Under the pieces are notes generated by a model that had not been told where the DNA came from, did no database searches, and saw nothing but the letters and a program-made list of their open reading frames with translations. 64,000 bases of DNA from Pigmentiphaga sp. (GTDB lineage: Bacteria; Pseudomonadota; Gammaproteobacteria; Burkholderiales; Burkholderiaceae_B), in assembly GCA_040391825.1 (NCBI GenBank), contig JBEBXA010000002.1, forward strand, positions 5,097 through 69,096. The letters run 5' to 3'. Positions 52,117 to 61,675 of this stretch are shown here, one piece after another; position 1 is the first letter of the stretch; each line of letters opens with the position of its first letter. The translations under genes were made by a program, and so were the position numbers.

Positions 52117-53169
52117 ATGGAGACACTCATGCCGGCCCTGGACGAGAACTGTACGATAGGTTTGCTTTCTTCATCGGGAAGGCGCTCTACCCGACGGCAA
52201 TTGCTAAGCGGTGCGGTAGCGGCGCTATGCCTGACGAGCGTGGGCGGAGTCTATGCTCAGGCTGGCGGCGCCACCTACCCCGACCACTTGATACGCATCA
52301 TCGTCCCCTACACACCGGGCAGCATCGGAGATCTGTTCATACGGCCCATCACGCAACAGATGGGCCAGCAATTGGGGCAGTCGGTCATCGTCGAAAATCG
52401 CCCCGGCGCAAGCCAGGCGATCGGGGCCGAATTGGCTGCGCAGGCCGCCCCTGACGGCTATACCTTGTTCATGGGCACCCAATCTGGCTTTGTGCTGAAT
52501 CGGGCGGCGCGTAAGCACTTGCCTTTCAATCCGGAAAAAGACTTCACTCCGATCACGATGCTCTTTACCGCCCCCATGTATATGTTCGTCAGCCCTAGCG
52601 TGCCGGCGAAATCAGTGAAAGAACTGATTGAACTGGCCCGAGCCAAACCCGGCTCACTGACGTTCGCTTCGATAGGCCCGGGAACTTCGTCGCATCTGGC
52701 CGGCGAACTGTTCAAGACCATGGCGGGTGTGGACATGCTGCATGTTCCCTACCGTGGCGGCCCCGACGCCACTACTGCAGTCGTCACCGGGCAGGTCGAC
52801 GTAATGTTCAACGGCGGCAACGCCCTCCCCCAGATGACCCGCGGCAAGGTACGTCCCCTGGCTTTCGGCAGCCTGAAGCGTTCGGACATCCTGCCGGAAC
52901 TACCCACTTTGGACGAATCCGGCCTACCGGGCTACGACGTTTCCCCATGGTTCGGGCTATTCGCGCCGGCCGGCACGCCGCCCGCCATCATCGCCAAGCT
53001 GAATGCCACGCTCATGCCTCTGCTCAAGTCAGAAGAAACACTGAAAAGAGGAAATACCTTGGGCTTGAACGTCAGCCCGACGACACCCGAAAAACTGGGT
53101 GCAGTCCTGAAGGCAGACTACCCTATCTGGGAAAAAATCATGCGCCAGGCGGGAATTCAGCCGGAGTAA
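52117..53169 (+). CDS. Bug/TctC substrate-binding protein
   Basis: TRRQLL leader, PYTPGSIGD, VENRPGAS, HVPYRGG. Exact start uncertain. Confidence 0.92.
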   Translation: METLMPALDENCTIGLLSSSGRRSTRRQLLSGAVAALCLTSVGGVYAQAGGATYPDHLIRIIVPYTPGSIGDLFIRPITQQMGQQLGQSVIVENRPGASQAIGAELAAQAAPDGYTLFMGTQSGFVLNRAARKHLPFNPEKDFTPITMLFTAPMYMFVSPSVPAKSVKELIELARAKPGSLTFASIGPGTSSHLAGELFKTMAGVDMLHVPYRGGPDATTAVVTGQVDVMFNGGNALPQMTRGKVRPLAFGSLKRSDILPELPTLDESGLPGYDVSPWFGLFAPAGTPPAIIAKLNATLMPLLKSEETLKRGNTLGLNVSPTTPEKLGAVLKADYPIWEKIMRQAGIQPE

Positions 53170-53294
53170 GAAAAGCGTATAACTTCCACCGAACCGCATT
53201 CGCCTGCTCGAGCGAACATCTCGCGATTAAACCGTCAAAGCCGCTCAAGGTTCTTGATGTGCGGATCTGACGGAGACTTCAGCAAGGGCTAACG

Positions 53295-54290
53295 CTATTT
53301 GACCCGGAAGCTTTCGCGTACACCTGCTTCATCCACCACTTTTCTCCAGCGAACGATCTCTGAACGGATAAAGTCATCGGTTTTGTCTGCATCCATCCAT
53401 TTGGCGTGAGCGCCTGTCTTGCCGAATTGTTCGATGATTGCCGGTTCGCTCAAAATCTTCTTCATCGTTTGACTGAGCTTGTCAACAATGGGCTTCGGCG
53501 TACCGGCAGGAGCAAGCAAGGCAAGCCATGCATAGGCAACGATGTCGGGAAAGCCCAGTTCGGCATAGGTAGGTACGTCGGGAAAAAGCGGCAGGCGCTT
53601 ATCTGACGTCACAGCAAGAGGTCTCAGCTTTCCAGCATTGATAAGCTGCATGACGGCGGGAAGGCTTTCGACACTGATGTCGGTATGTCCGGCGATAAGG
53701 TCAGCGACAGATTCGGCCGAACCTTTGTATGGCACCTTTATCGTTCGTATCCCTGCCTGCCATTGAAAGAGCTCGCCTACCAAATGAGGAATCCCGCCCA
53801 CCGTCGGTACGGCAAACCGCACCTGACCCGGGTTCTTCTTAGCGTAGGAAAGCAGTTCGGTAGCCGTTTTGTACGGGGTGCTGTTGTTGGTCAACATCGC
53901 CATTTCATAATGGCCGACATAGGAAATGGCGGAAAAATCCTTGACGGGATCAAACCCTATATCGTCGAAGAAAGGCAGGGCCGTCGCCAAAGGACCTGAG
54001 GGGCTTAACAGCAAGGTGTAGCCATCGTTCTTCGCTTTGGCCGCATGGCTCGTTCCTATCATTCCGCCGGCGCCGGGACGGTTGACGACCACGAAGGTTT
54101 GCCCCAATTCGGTTGTCAGGCGGGCAGCTACGATACGGGTAATATTATCGCTCGCCCCACCCGGGGGATAAGCGGAGATTATGCGCACCGAGCGTTCAGG
54201 CCAAGAGTCGGCGCTAGCTTGTACGGCGAACGTACAGGCCACACCAAGAAACGTCAGGAAACCAGTCATCCATCGCAAATTTTTCATCAC
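53295..54290 (-). CDS. Bug/TctC substrate-binding protein
   Basis: YPPGGASD, VVNRPGAGG, KVPYKGS, PDVPTY. Confidence 0.92.
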   Translation of the reverse strand: MMKNLRWMTGFLTFLGVACTFAVQASADSWPERSVRIISAYPPGGASDNITRIVAARLTTELGQTFVVVNRPGAGGMIGTSHAAKAKNDGYTLLLSPSGPLATALPFFDDIGFDPVKDFSAISYVGHYEMAMLTNNSTPYKTATELLSYAKKNPGQVRFAVPTVGGIPHLVGELFQWQAGIRTIKVPYKGSAESVADLIAGHTDISVESLPAVMQLINAGKLRPLAVTSDKRLPLFPDVPTYAELGFPDIVAYAWLALLAPAGTPKPIVDKLSQTMKKILSEPAIIEQFGKTGAHAKWMDADKTDDFIRSEIVRWRKVVDEAGVRESFRVK

Positions 54291-54321
54291 GGTCCTCGTT
54301 GATGTAAATGCAGTACTTGAT

Positions 54322-55182
54322 TTATTTGAGACGCATCAATCGCAAGGCGTTTTCGGATAGCACCTTGTCAATCACGCCGGGACGCCAGGGCCAGGACTTG
54401 TACGCCTGGATCATTTGAGGAAAGGGCTTAGAGGGATAATTGCTGCCGAACAGCGCGCGGTCCGACAGAAAATTATTGGCAAGCTTGAAATACTCGCCCG
54501 ACCCCGGAATTTCCGGCGCCATATACAAGTCGGGCGATAACCACACATTGCTGCAATGGAAAGCAACGCCGATCATTTCCATTACCCAGGGGTAACCCGC
54601 ATGCGCAACATGGATGTCCAGCTTGGGGAAAGCCGTAGCCAAATCGTAAATCTGAGTTGGATTACTTAGCTCATACGGACGTCCCGTAGTCTTCTGCAAG
54701 ACCCCGCTAAGCGTGATGCTGACTGGCACATTACGCTGCTGACATGCTTCGTAAATCGGATAGAGCCGTATGTCGGTCACCAGCTTGATATCCGGGTTTA
54801 GACTGATCGTGGGCTCTATGCAAATGCCGCGAAAACCCGCATGCGCGAGGCAACTATCCATCTCGGCCAACCACTGCTCAGGGCCTTGGCTCAGATCCAG
54901 CCCTGCCCAGGCCACAAAGCGGTCAGGATGTGCGTCCAGCAGCTCTTTTATTTCTTTGTTGGAAATAATGCCGAAAGGCGGCGGCGATTGGCGGCCCATC
55001 AATACGCCGTATTGCATATCGACGGCATCCATCTCCTCTAACAGCAATGGTAAGGAAGCTTGTCTCGCGGACTCTGCGCGCGGATAGTCGGGGTGGCGAG
55101 TTTGCTCCACCCCGCCCGGTTGAAACAATACTGATGACTTGAGGCTAGGAATGGGCGGACGCAGCCTCATATCGACTACCAT
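54322..55182 (-). CDS. Amidohydrolase_2 family protein with atypical metal motifs
   Basis: TIM-barrel pattern (RFVAWAG, YPIYEAC..NVPV, HVAHAGYPW, NVWLSPD, LFGSNYP). DMRLRPP replaces DxHxH. Confidence 0.82.
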   Translation of the reverse strand: MVVDMRLRPPIPSLKSSVLFQPGGVEQTRHPDYPRAESARQASLPLLLEEMDAVDMQYGVLMGRQSPPPFGIISNKEIKELLDAHPDRFVAWAGLDLSQGPEQWLAEMDSCLAHAGFRGICIEPTISLNPDIKLVTDIRLYPIYEACQQRNVPVSITLSGVLQKTTGRPYELSNPTQIYDLATAFPKLDIHVAHAGYPWVMEMIGVAFHCSNVWLSPDLYMAPEIPGSGEYFKLANNFLSDRALFGSNYPSKPFPQMIQAYKSWPWRPGVIDKVLSENALRLMRLK

Positions 55183-55320
55183 GATTTGTCTCCAAAAACT
55201 TCAATGAAAGGTGCGGAGCGGCGTGCTCCTTGAATAACAGCGACTACGCCGGAACAGCGGCAAGAAGTGTCTGGATGCTATCGACGGCCATTTAGCCTGT
55301 CTAATATTTAGTACATTGAT

Positions 55321-55343
55321 ATCGATATGTTTTAAGTATCGAT
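55321..55343. promoter_or_regulatory. LysR recognition site (T-N11-A)
   Basis: ATCGATA-N9-TATCGAT. The inner ATAT-N7-GTAT is close to the BenM/CatM ATAC-N7-GTAT box and lies about 80 bp upstream of the LysR start. Confidence 0.65.
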
Positions 55344-55422
55344 TGCAAGCAAACAGAAAGACCTGGCACATTTTTAAGCACGGACGCTAAAGAAATGGCG
55401 GACTAATCTGGGAGAGGGTCAG

Positions 55423-56352
55423 ATGGAACTTCGTCACCTGCGCTATTTCATAGCTGTCGCGGAAGAGCTGCATATGGGGCGCGCCGCGCAGCGGCTGCAT
55501 ATATCCCAGCCGCCTCTAAGTCAGCAGATCGCTGCCCTTGAGGCCGAGATCGGCACGCAACTTTTCATTCGAAGAGGCCGGGGCATACATCTAAGCGCCG
55601 CGGGCAGCGCCTTTCTTGAACATGCGCGCAGTACGCTCGCAATGTCCGAACAGGCGGTGCAAGTGGCACGCGAAGTAGGGCGCGGCGAAACCGGCCACCT
55701 TTCAGTCGCTTACGTCAGCTCGCTGGCCTACACCTATCTGCCGCACATCCTCAAACAGTTCCAGCTTGAGTACCCTGCGGTGCAGTTGGAATTGCGCGAA
55801 ATGAGTGTGGTGGACCAGGTGCGCGCTCTGCAAGAGCGCAGCCTGCAAGTGGGTGTCTTGCGCGGCCCCCTCGACAACCAAGGCATAGATCTCAACGAGT
55901 TGATATCCGAACCCTTTGTGCTGGCCCTACCCGTGCAACATCGCCTGGCGGCGCATACCGTGCTGCCTATTGCCGCCCTTCGCGAGGAAGCCTTTATCGT
56001 GCACCTGAGGGGAGTGTTTTATGCTCCCCTGCTCGAGCTATGCCGACAAGTGGGTTTCGAACCCAAGGTAGTGCAAGAGGTTACTCAAATACACGCTGCC
56101 GTCGGTTTGGTCGGTGCTGGCGTAGGGGTAGCGTTGGTTCCCGCCTCGGCACGTGCCTTGAGAATGGAAGGCGTCACGTTCAGAGAAATCGACAACACAA
56201 CCATCACCACCAGTATTCTGGCAGCCACGCCTGCGGGAGATACCTCGCCATTAACTCGGAACTTTTATACGGTTGCAATGCGCGCCGTCAAAGAAGCAAG
56301 CAAATCGCTACTGTATGGTGCTGCTGAACCCCGGGAAGAAGTTTGCGTATAA
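55423..56352 (+). CDS. LysR-family regulator (BenM/CatM/HcaR-like)
   Basis: MELRHLRYFIAVAEELHMGRAAQRLHISQPPLSQQI; GVGVALVP. Confidence 0.95.
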   Translation: MELRHLRYFIAVAEELHMGRAAQRLHISQPPLSQQIAALEAEIGTQLFIRRGRGIHLSAAGSAFLEHARSTLAMSEQAVQVAREVGRGETGHLSVAYVSSLAYTYLPHILKQFQLEYPAVQLELREMSVVDQVRALQERSLQVGVLRGPLDNQGIDLNELISEPFVLALPVQHRLAAHTVLPIAALREEAFIVHLRGVFYAPLLELCRQVGFEPKVVQEVTQIHAAVGLVGAGVGVALVPASARALRMEGVTFREIDNTTITTSILAATPAGDTSPLTRNFYTVAMRAVKEASKSLLYGAAEPREEVCV

Positions 56353-56403
56353 ACGGCTGAGCGTGATCAGCCCAATGATGTATCGACGCAAAACAAGCTG
56401 CAG

Positions 56404-57717
56404 CTAAACAGGGGGAAGCGGAGCAAAGCGGGACAGCAGCTTCCGCAAGCCCATCGGATCCTCATGCAGTCTCAGCGCCTGGTTTACCCACTGAAGATCG
56501 GCACTGTCTCCCAAGACCCGACGGGCCTTGTCCAGCAGTTGCAGCTCGTCGTAAGGCAGGGCGGGATCACCCGGGCTGTTTTCCACCAGAATTTCCTGCC
56601 GCCTGCCCCCAGCCTGTACGCATAAGCGGGCCGGCCAGCTACGCGGGTAATACGAATCCAGCGCCGGATCTGCGTAAATGCGGATGCTCTGAGACAAGGC
56701 CTGCACAGCCTGGCTGCGGGGAGGAACTTCCCGCGCCACATCGTCAAGCGCAGTTGGCGCAAGCGCGGCCAGCGCCAACTGCCAGCGGGCGCTGACCATA
56801 CTCGCCAAACGGCTCGCGCAAGCGGGTTCACGATCTATCATGCTGCTATAAGCAGCAGGCACGCCCAGCTCTATGAATTCGATTTTTTCCGGATCCAGGC
56901 CGCCAGCAATCAGGCTGCGCATACCGTGGATGGCAGCCAGCACCTGCTTGGCCGCACAATGCGGCTTGATGCTCAATTGTTCGATAACGGCGCTGTTGCC
57001 GGCGACTACCTCAGGCGCCAACTCAGGCACGCCCGTAGCGCGCAGCCAAGTTGGATTGAGAATAGAGACGTCGCCATCAAAACTATCCGCAGCAGCCAAG
57101 GCGGAGAGACAGCCCGCGCGCACCGCATTGCCGAACAAAAGCCAACGACCGGGACGCGACCCCGAACTCTTGCCTATCACACGCGGAGTTTGCGCCAGCG
57201 CCAAAGCCAGGGCATGCGCCATGCGCTCTGGGTTCAGGCCCAATAAGCGCCCCGTGGCAGCGGCCGCACCAACCGGCGCCACCACATAGCTTGGCCAGAT
57301 TCCAGCCCCAAGCAAGCCCGCTCCGCCCAGGGCCTGCGCAATGCGGACGGCAATCTCTTGGCCGACAAACACAGCGTCCAGAAAATGATCGGCAGCAAGC
57401 GGACCAGCGCCATGGGCCACCATGCCCAGCGCTGCCGGCAGCACGATGGCCGTAGCAGTGACGGCAGTAGGCCGATGAATATCATCTATTTCGGTCAAAC
57501 GCATCGTCGCGGCATTGCGGGCAACGGCCCCCAAGGCGGAACTATCGTTGCGCCCCAAAAACGCCTGAAGCGCCCGGCCTTCGGCAGTGCGAGCGCCTGC
57601 CATCAGCGCCAGCACGCCATCGGCCGCATGTAACATCAAGCGGTCGCGATACGCCGCCCCCGATGCACAGGCGGCCAGGTGTGCCAGTTCGTCCAGCGTA
57701 AGCGTGGACACCATCAA
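56404..57717 (-). CDS. MmgE/PrpD family protein (degenerate motifs)
   Basis: DGVLALMAG, EIDDIH, VLPAAL, GAAAATGRLLGL, IKPHC, GDPALP. Confidence 0.82.
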   Translation of the reverse strand: MMVSTLTLDELAHLAACASGAAYRDRLMLHAADGVLALMAGARTAEGRALQAFLGRNDSSALGAVARNAATMRLTEIDDIHRPTAVTATAIVLPAALGMVAHGAGPLAADHFLDAVFVGQEIAVRIAQALGGAGLLGAGIWPSYVVAPVGAAAATGRLLGLNPERMAHALALALAQTPRVIGKSSGSRPGRWLLFGNAVRAGCLSALAAADSFDGDVSILNPTWLRATGVPELAPEVVAGNSAVIEQLSIKPHCAAKQVLAAIHGMRSLIAGGLDPEKIEFIELGVPAAYSSMIDREPACASRLASMVSARWQLALAALAPTALDDVAREVPPRSQAVQALSQSIRIYADPALDSYYPRSWPARLCVQAGGRRQEILVENSPGDPALPYDELQLLDKARRVLGDSADLQWVNQALRLHEDPMGLRKLLSRFAPLPPV

Positions 57718-58787
57718 GGACTCAACACTTCAGCCCTGCCACCCATGGCGGTGAGCAAAGGCAAACTACGGTGCCAGGCCCCGCCCGGAAAATCCAACTG
57801 CGCCGACAGCACGGCCAAGCTACCTGGAGGCAAGGAGGTCCACGACGCTCTGTCGCTTGCGGCAACCACCGCCAGCGGCGCCATACCGACGCTGGCTTCC
57901 AGCGTCCAGCGCGACAAGCTGCCTGGTGCTCGGGCCAGCACATCGCTTTGCACGCCGCCAGTGGTAATGCCTTGCGCCATCTCCAGAAACCAGTCTTGCG
58001 CGACTGTCCAGTCGGACGGGACAGCGACGCTGGACCGGCTTTCAGCCACCCTGACCCATGCCCCCTTATAGGCGACCGAAATTTCGATGGCGTATTGCTC
58101 GCCCAAGACCGCGTCGCCTTCCATGCGCACCAAGGTAGCGTCTTGGACTAGATTGGGCGCTATCCTTTGCAAGACTTCTTCCGCACCGGCCAAACGCGCG
58201 GAAAGCTCTACCGCGGCCAGTACCTCAGAGGCCCTACGAGCACGCTCGGGTATCGCCCGCAACGCGCGGGCGCCTATGGCGCTTGCCTGACGAGCAAGCG
58301 TCAACTCCGCCTGATCACAGGGTTGGCGCAAACCGGAAAAAATCTCGCTAGCATCTACCAGGCGTTCGCCTACCCCCTGCTTTAGCAGCGGCAACATGAC
58401 CGAAGATGGCACCTCATCCAAGCCGACAATGCCAATCTTGCCCTCGGTAACATGCTCTTCGATAAAGGACAGCGCGCCCGCACCAAGGCGCGGAGCGGCT
58501 ATCACCTGACTCAGGTGCGACACCTCGCGAATCCAGGGATAAACGCGCTTGGTCAAGGCTGCCAGCAATTGCGGCCTTCCTTCCGGCAAAACCACCAATA
58601 GCGCTTCGCTCCAATAGGGAACGAAATTACATAGCCAATGCACGGCAGCCGGTTGGATGAAAGAGGTGTAGGCGAACACAGCGCCTATGCCTTGCTTGCG
58701 CATTGCTTCCTGCAAACGACCTACCCGGCCATCCAAGACTGCAACCGGGACTTCTTCGCGCGACCAACTGATGAGTCCACGACGCAT
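57714..58787 (-). CDS. M24/creatinase-fold protein lacking metal ligands
   Basis: MRRGLISW start; creatinase-N-like RVGRLQEAMRKQGIGAVF..WLCNFVPYW; C-terminal domain without the D/D/H/E/E set. Confidence 0.72.
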   Translation of the reverse strand: MRRGLISWSREEVPVAVLDGRVGRLQEAMRKQGIGAVFAYTSFIQPAAVHWLCNFVPYWSEALLVVLPEGRPQLLAALTKRVYPWIREVSHLSQVIAAPRLGAGALSFIEEHVTEGKIGIVGLDEVPSSVMLPLLKQGVGERLVDASEIFSGLRQPCDQAELTLARQASAIGARALRAIPERARRASEVLAAVELSARLAGAEEVLQRIAPNLVQDATLVRMEGDAVLGEQYAIEISVAYKGAWVRVAESRSSVAVPSDWTVAQDWFLEMAQGITTGGVQSDVLARAPGSLSRWTLEASVGMAPLAVVAASDRASWTSLPPGSLAVLSAQLDFPGGAWHRSLPLLTAMGGRAEVLSP

Positions 58788-58822
58788 GATTCAAGCTCCT
58801 AGAAACCCGCAACGGCAGCTGC

Positions 58823-59926
58823 TCATAGCGGCACCGTAAATAGTTCTCGCGGCGTGCGCGTCAGCACCCGACACCCCTCTTGCGTCACCCGCACCGTATC
58901 GCCCAAGACGATGTAGCCGGCCACCGGATGATAGGTGTTCGGGTGAACGATCAAGGTCATGTCCGGCTCCAGTACCAGATCCACGTCTTCCAGTACATGC
59001 GGGCCATCGACGAACAAGCCGACACCATGGCCACGTACCCGTGTGTATTCCGACGTGATGTATTCGGCCAGGCCATGCCTGCGAAAAACATCGTTTTCAG
59101 CGCGGGCGATATCGCCATGGGTAGCGCCCGGTTTAACGGCATCGATCCCTGCTTCCAGCGCTTCGAGGTATATCGCATGCGCCTGCAGCTGTGCCTCGGA
59201 TGGCGGCCCCATCACCAGCGTCCGGCATATTTGGGCGTAATAGCCGTCAAGGCAAGGCGTCAGTTCGGTGGTGACTAGATCACCTTTCGTTAAGCGGCGC
59301 TCGGTAGGTGGGCGCATGCCACGCAACTCCGGCCCGCCGGACCCCATGATCATGAAATTTTCCGGACAAGCTTGAGAGCGGAACCAGGCCTCGGTGTCGG
59401 CGATCAGTTCGTACTCGCGCCGTCCCACCTGCGCGGCGGCACGAAAAATTTCGTAACCCTCGTCTGCCAGCTTGACCGCGCGTTCTACCGCGTCGGCCTC
59501 GGCCGTGGATTTACGCACCATCAGTTGATCAAGCATGGCAGTGGTGCGCGCCAAGCTTCCCCCCAACTCGCCTCGGCCCAAGCGCCAAGGCACTGCCGAA
59601 GACGGCGCCAAACCCACATTACGGGTAGTGGCGGACTTGAGCTCGGCCTCGACATAGTCGAGCAGAACCGGCGACCAATCGACATCCAATTGGGGTTGCT
59701 CCGCGGCGATACGTGCGGCCTCGACCGGCGTCTCGACAATCAGGCGCACCCTGCCGTCGAGAGGAATCAAGGCAATCGCCACACCTTCCATCGGGGTAAC
59801 GTCGATGGCATATCTCAAGTAATCGCTGCGCCAGCCGTTGCCCGCCAGCACCAGCAGATCAAGGCCTGCGTCGGACATGGCCCGACGCAGGCGCGTCATG
59901 CGTTCATCACGTAGCGCAGCACTCAT
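58823..59926 (-). CDS. M24 (Xaa-Pro peptidase/creatinase) fold protein with altered active site
   Basis: Creatinase-N domain, VRKSTAE, GDLVTTELTP..GYYAQICRT, RGHGVGL, HPN, GDTVRVT. ATG 59926 overlaps the stop of the upstream gene. Confidence 0.85.
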   Translation of the reverse strand: MSAALRDERMTRLRRAMSDAGLDLLVLAGNGWRSDYLRYAIDVTPMEGVAIALIPLDGRVRLIVETPVEAARIAAEQPQLDVDWSPVLLDYVEAELKSATTRNVGLAPSSAVPWRLGRGELGGSLARTTAMLDQLMVRKSTAEADAVERAVKLADEGYEIFRAAAQVGRREYELIADTEAWFRSQACPENFMIMGSGGPELRGMRPPTERRLTKGDLVTTELTPCLDGYYAQICRTLVMGPPSEAQLQAHAIYLEALEAGIDAVKPGATHGDIARAENDVFRRHGLAEYITSEYTRVRGHGVGLFVDGPHVLEDVDLVLEPDMTLIVHPNTYHPVAGYIVLGDTVRVTQEGCRVLTRTPRELFTVPL

Positions 59927-61665
59927 GATGACAGTTCCTCCTCTTGTTCGACGGCCCAACCGTAGTCTCTGGCCGCGCCTTCCGAGGTAACGTAGCCGTC
60001 ACGCAGGTCTTCTCGGATAGCTTGTGGCGAGCGTGCTTGCGGATCTCCATAGCCTCCGCCTCCCGCAGTCCAAAACGCCACGGTATCGCCCGCCGACACC
60101 ACGATATTGCTTTCCTTGGTCACCGAGCGCTCGGTGCCGTCCAGGCGGCGAATCCTGGCGGCGTTGCTGCGCCCGTTTTTGCCGCCCTCCAATCCCCAAG
60201 GCGGCTGGGTAATGCGTTCAAGGTTGACGTTGACTGAACTACGCTCGAGCGCGCGGTAGCGCAACTCGACGCCCAGACCTCCGCGGTTGCGGCCGGGGCC
60301 GCCGCTGTCTTCGCGCAGCTTGTGACATTCGACCAGAAAGGGGTAATGGATTTCCTGCAACTCTACCGGCGTATTGCGCACATCCCCCTGGCAGATGGAC
60401 ACAGAAGCCGACGCACCGTCCTCGCTTGATCTGCCGCCCCAGCCACCGCCAAAGATATTCATCAACACATAGCGCGCGCCGGTATCTTCCCGGTTGCCGT
60501 AGAAGGAGCATCCGCCCATGTCCCCCTTATGCGCCGCGGGTATCACACCCGGCAAAGCAGACGCCAAGGCACACAGGATGGTGTCGATGACGGTGGGCAA
60601 GGCAATGCTCCACAAACCCAGCGCAGCAGGCGGCCGGGCGTTGAGCATGGTCCCCTCGGGAGAGATCAGGGTCAGGGCGCGAAAGCCGCCTTCATTGACC
60701 GGGGCATGGGGCATGGTCAGGCATTTGAACGCCACCCGCGCCGCCGACAAGCCTCCAGAGAAACCTGAGTTCAGCGGTCCGGGCACCTGCTCGTTCATTT
60801 CCGAGTAGTCGATCGTAAGATCCGAGCCGCTCACCACCACCGTCACCTTGACGCGCAGCGGCACATCCAGCCGGCGGCCATCGCTGTCAAGCCAGGTTTC
60901 CGCCGTATAGCGACCATCGGGCATTTTGGCGACGACTGCACGGGCCTCTGCTTCCGCCATGTCCCAGGATGCGGCGATGCAGGCATCGACGGTCTGTACC
61001 GAGTGACGGGAAAGCAGTTCTGACAACCTGCGTTCGCCCAAGTGGCAGGAAGCGATCTGGGCACGCAAATCGCCCAGCGACGCATCCGGAAAGCGGATGT
61101 TATCGGTAATCATCTGCCAGACGCCGTCATTGCGCTTACCGGCATCGTAGATCTTGATCGAGCGCATCTGAATGCCTTCGTGGAAGATCTCTGTGGTCTG
61201 CACGTTGCCAAAACCGGTGCGCAGGCCACCCACATCGACCCAATGAGCACGGTTGGCGGCAAATGCCACGACCTTGCCTTCGTGGAAGCATGGCGTATAG
61301 ACAACCACGTTATTCAAATGCTGCCCGCATACACCGGCGTGGTTCATGATGATGACGTCGCCGGGTGCGAAGCCATCCAAGCCGAAACGATCGATACCAT
61401 CCTGCACGGCGATGCCCAGGTCGGCCAGGAAAATCGGCAAGCCTCCCGCGTTCTGGCAGATCATCCGGCCCTGGGTATCGATCAGCCCGCAGCAGAAATC
61501 GCGCACTTCGTAGATCATCATGTTGTAGGCGGATTTGCACAGTGCGAGCGCCATTTCATCCGCATACGCAAGTAGTGAATTCGTCACCACTTCCAACGTT
61601 ATGGGATTCACCTGGACGCCGCTGGCGCCGGGCGGATTCGTTGTTTGCTGCGTGATCGGGTTCAA
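59923..61665 (-). CDS. Hydantoinase B / 5-oxoprolinase subunit
   Basis: TTG 61665 after AAGGAG. ITLEVV, RDFCCG, AHWVDVGG, EGIQMR, GGGWGG, NTPVE, DSGGPGRNRGG, TAGGGGYGDP. Confidence 0.93.
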   Translation of the reverse strand: MNPITQQTTNPPGASGVQVNPITLEVVTNSLLAYADEMALALCKSAYNMMIYEVRDFCCGLIDTQGRMICQNAGGLPIFLADLGIAVQDGIDRFGLDGFAPGDVIIMNHAGVCGQHLNNVVVYTPCFHEGKVVAFAANRAHWVDVGGLRTGFGNVQTTEIFHEGIQMRSIKIYDAGKRNDGVWQMITDNIRFPDASLGDLRAQIASCHLGERRLSELLSRHSVQTVDACIAASWDMAEAEARAVVAKMPDGRYTAETWLDSDGRRLDVPLRVKVTVVVSGSDLTIDYSEMNEQVPGPLNSGFSGGLSAARVAFKCLTMPHAPVNEGGFRALTLISPEGTMLNARPPAALGLWSIALPTVIDTILCALASALPGVIPAAHKGDMGGCSFYGNREDTGARYVLMNIFGGGWGGRSSEDGASASVSICQGDVRNTPVELQEIHYPFLVECHKLREDSGGPGRNRGGLGVELRYRALERSSVNVNLERITQPPWGLEGGKNGRSNAARIRRLDGTERSVTKESNIVVSAGDTVAFWTAGGGGYGDPQARSPQAIREDLRDGYVTSEGAARDYGWAVEQEEELSS

Positions 61666-61675
61666 TCCGTTCTCC

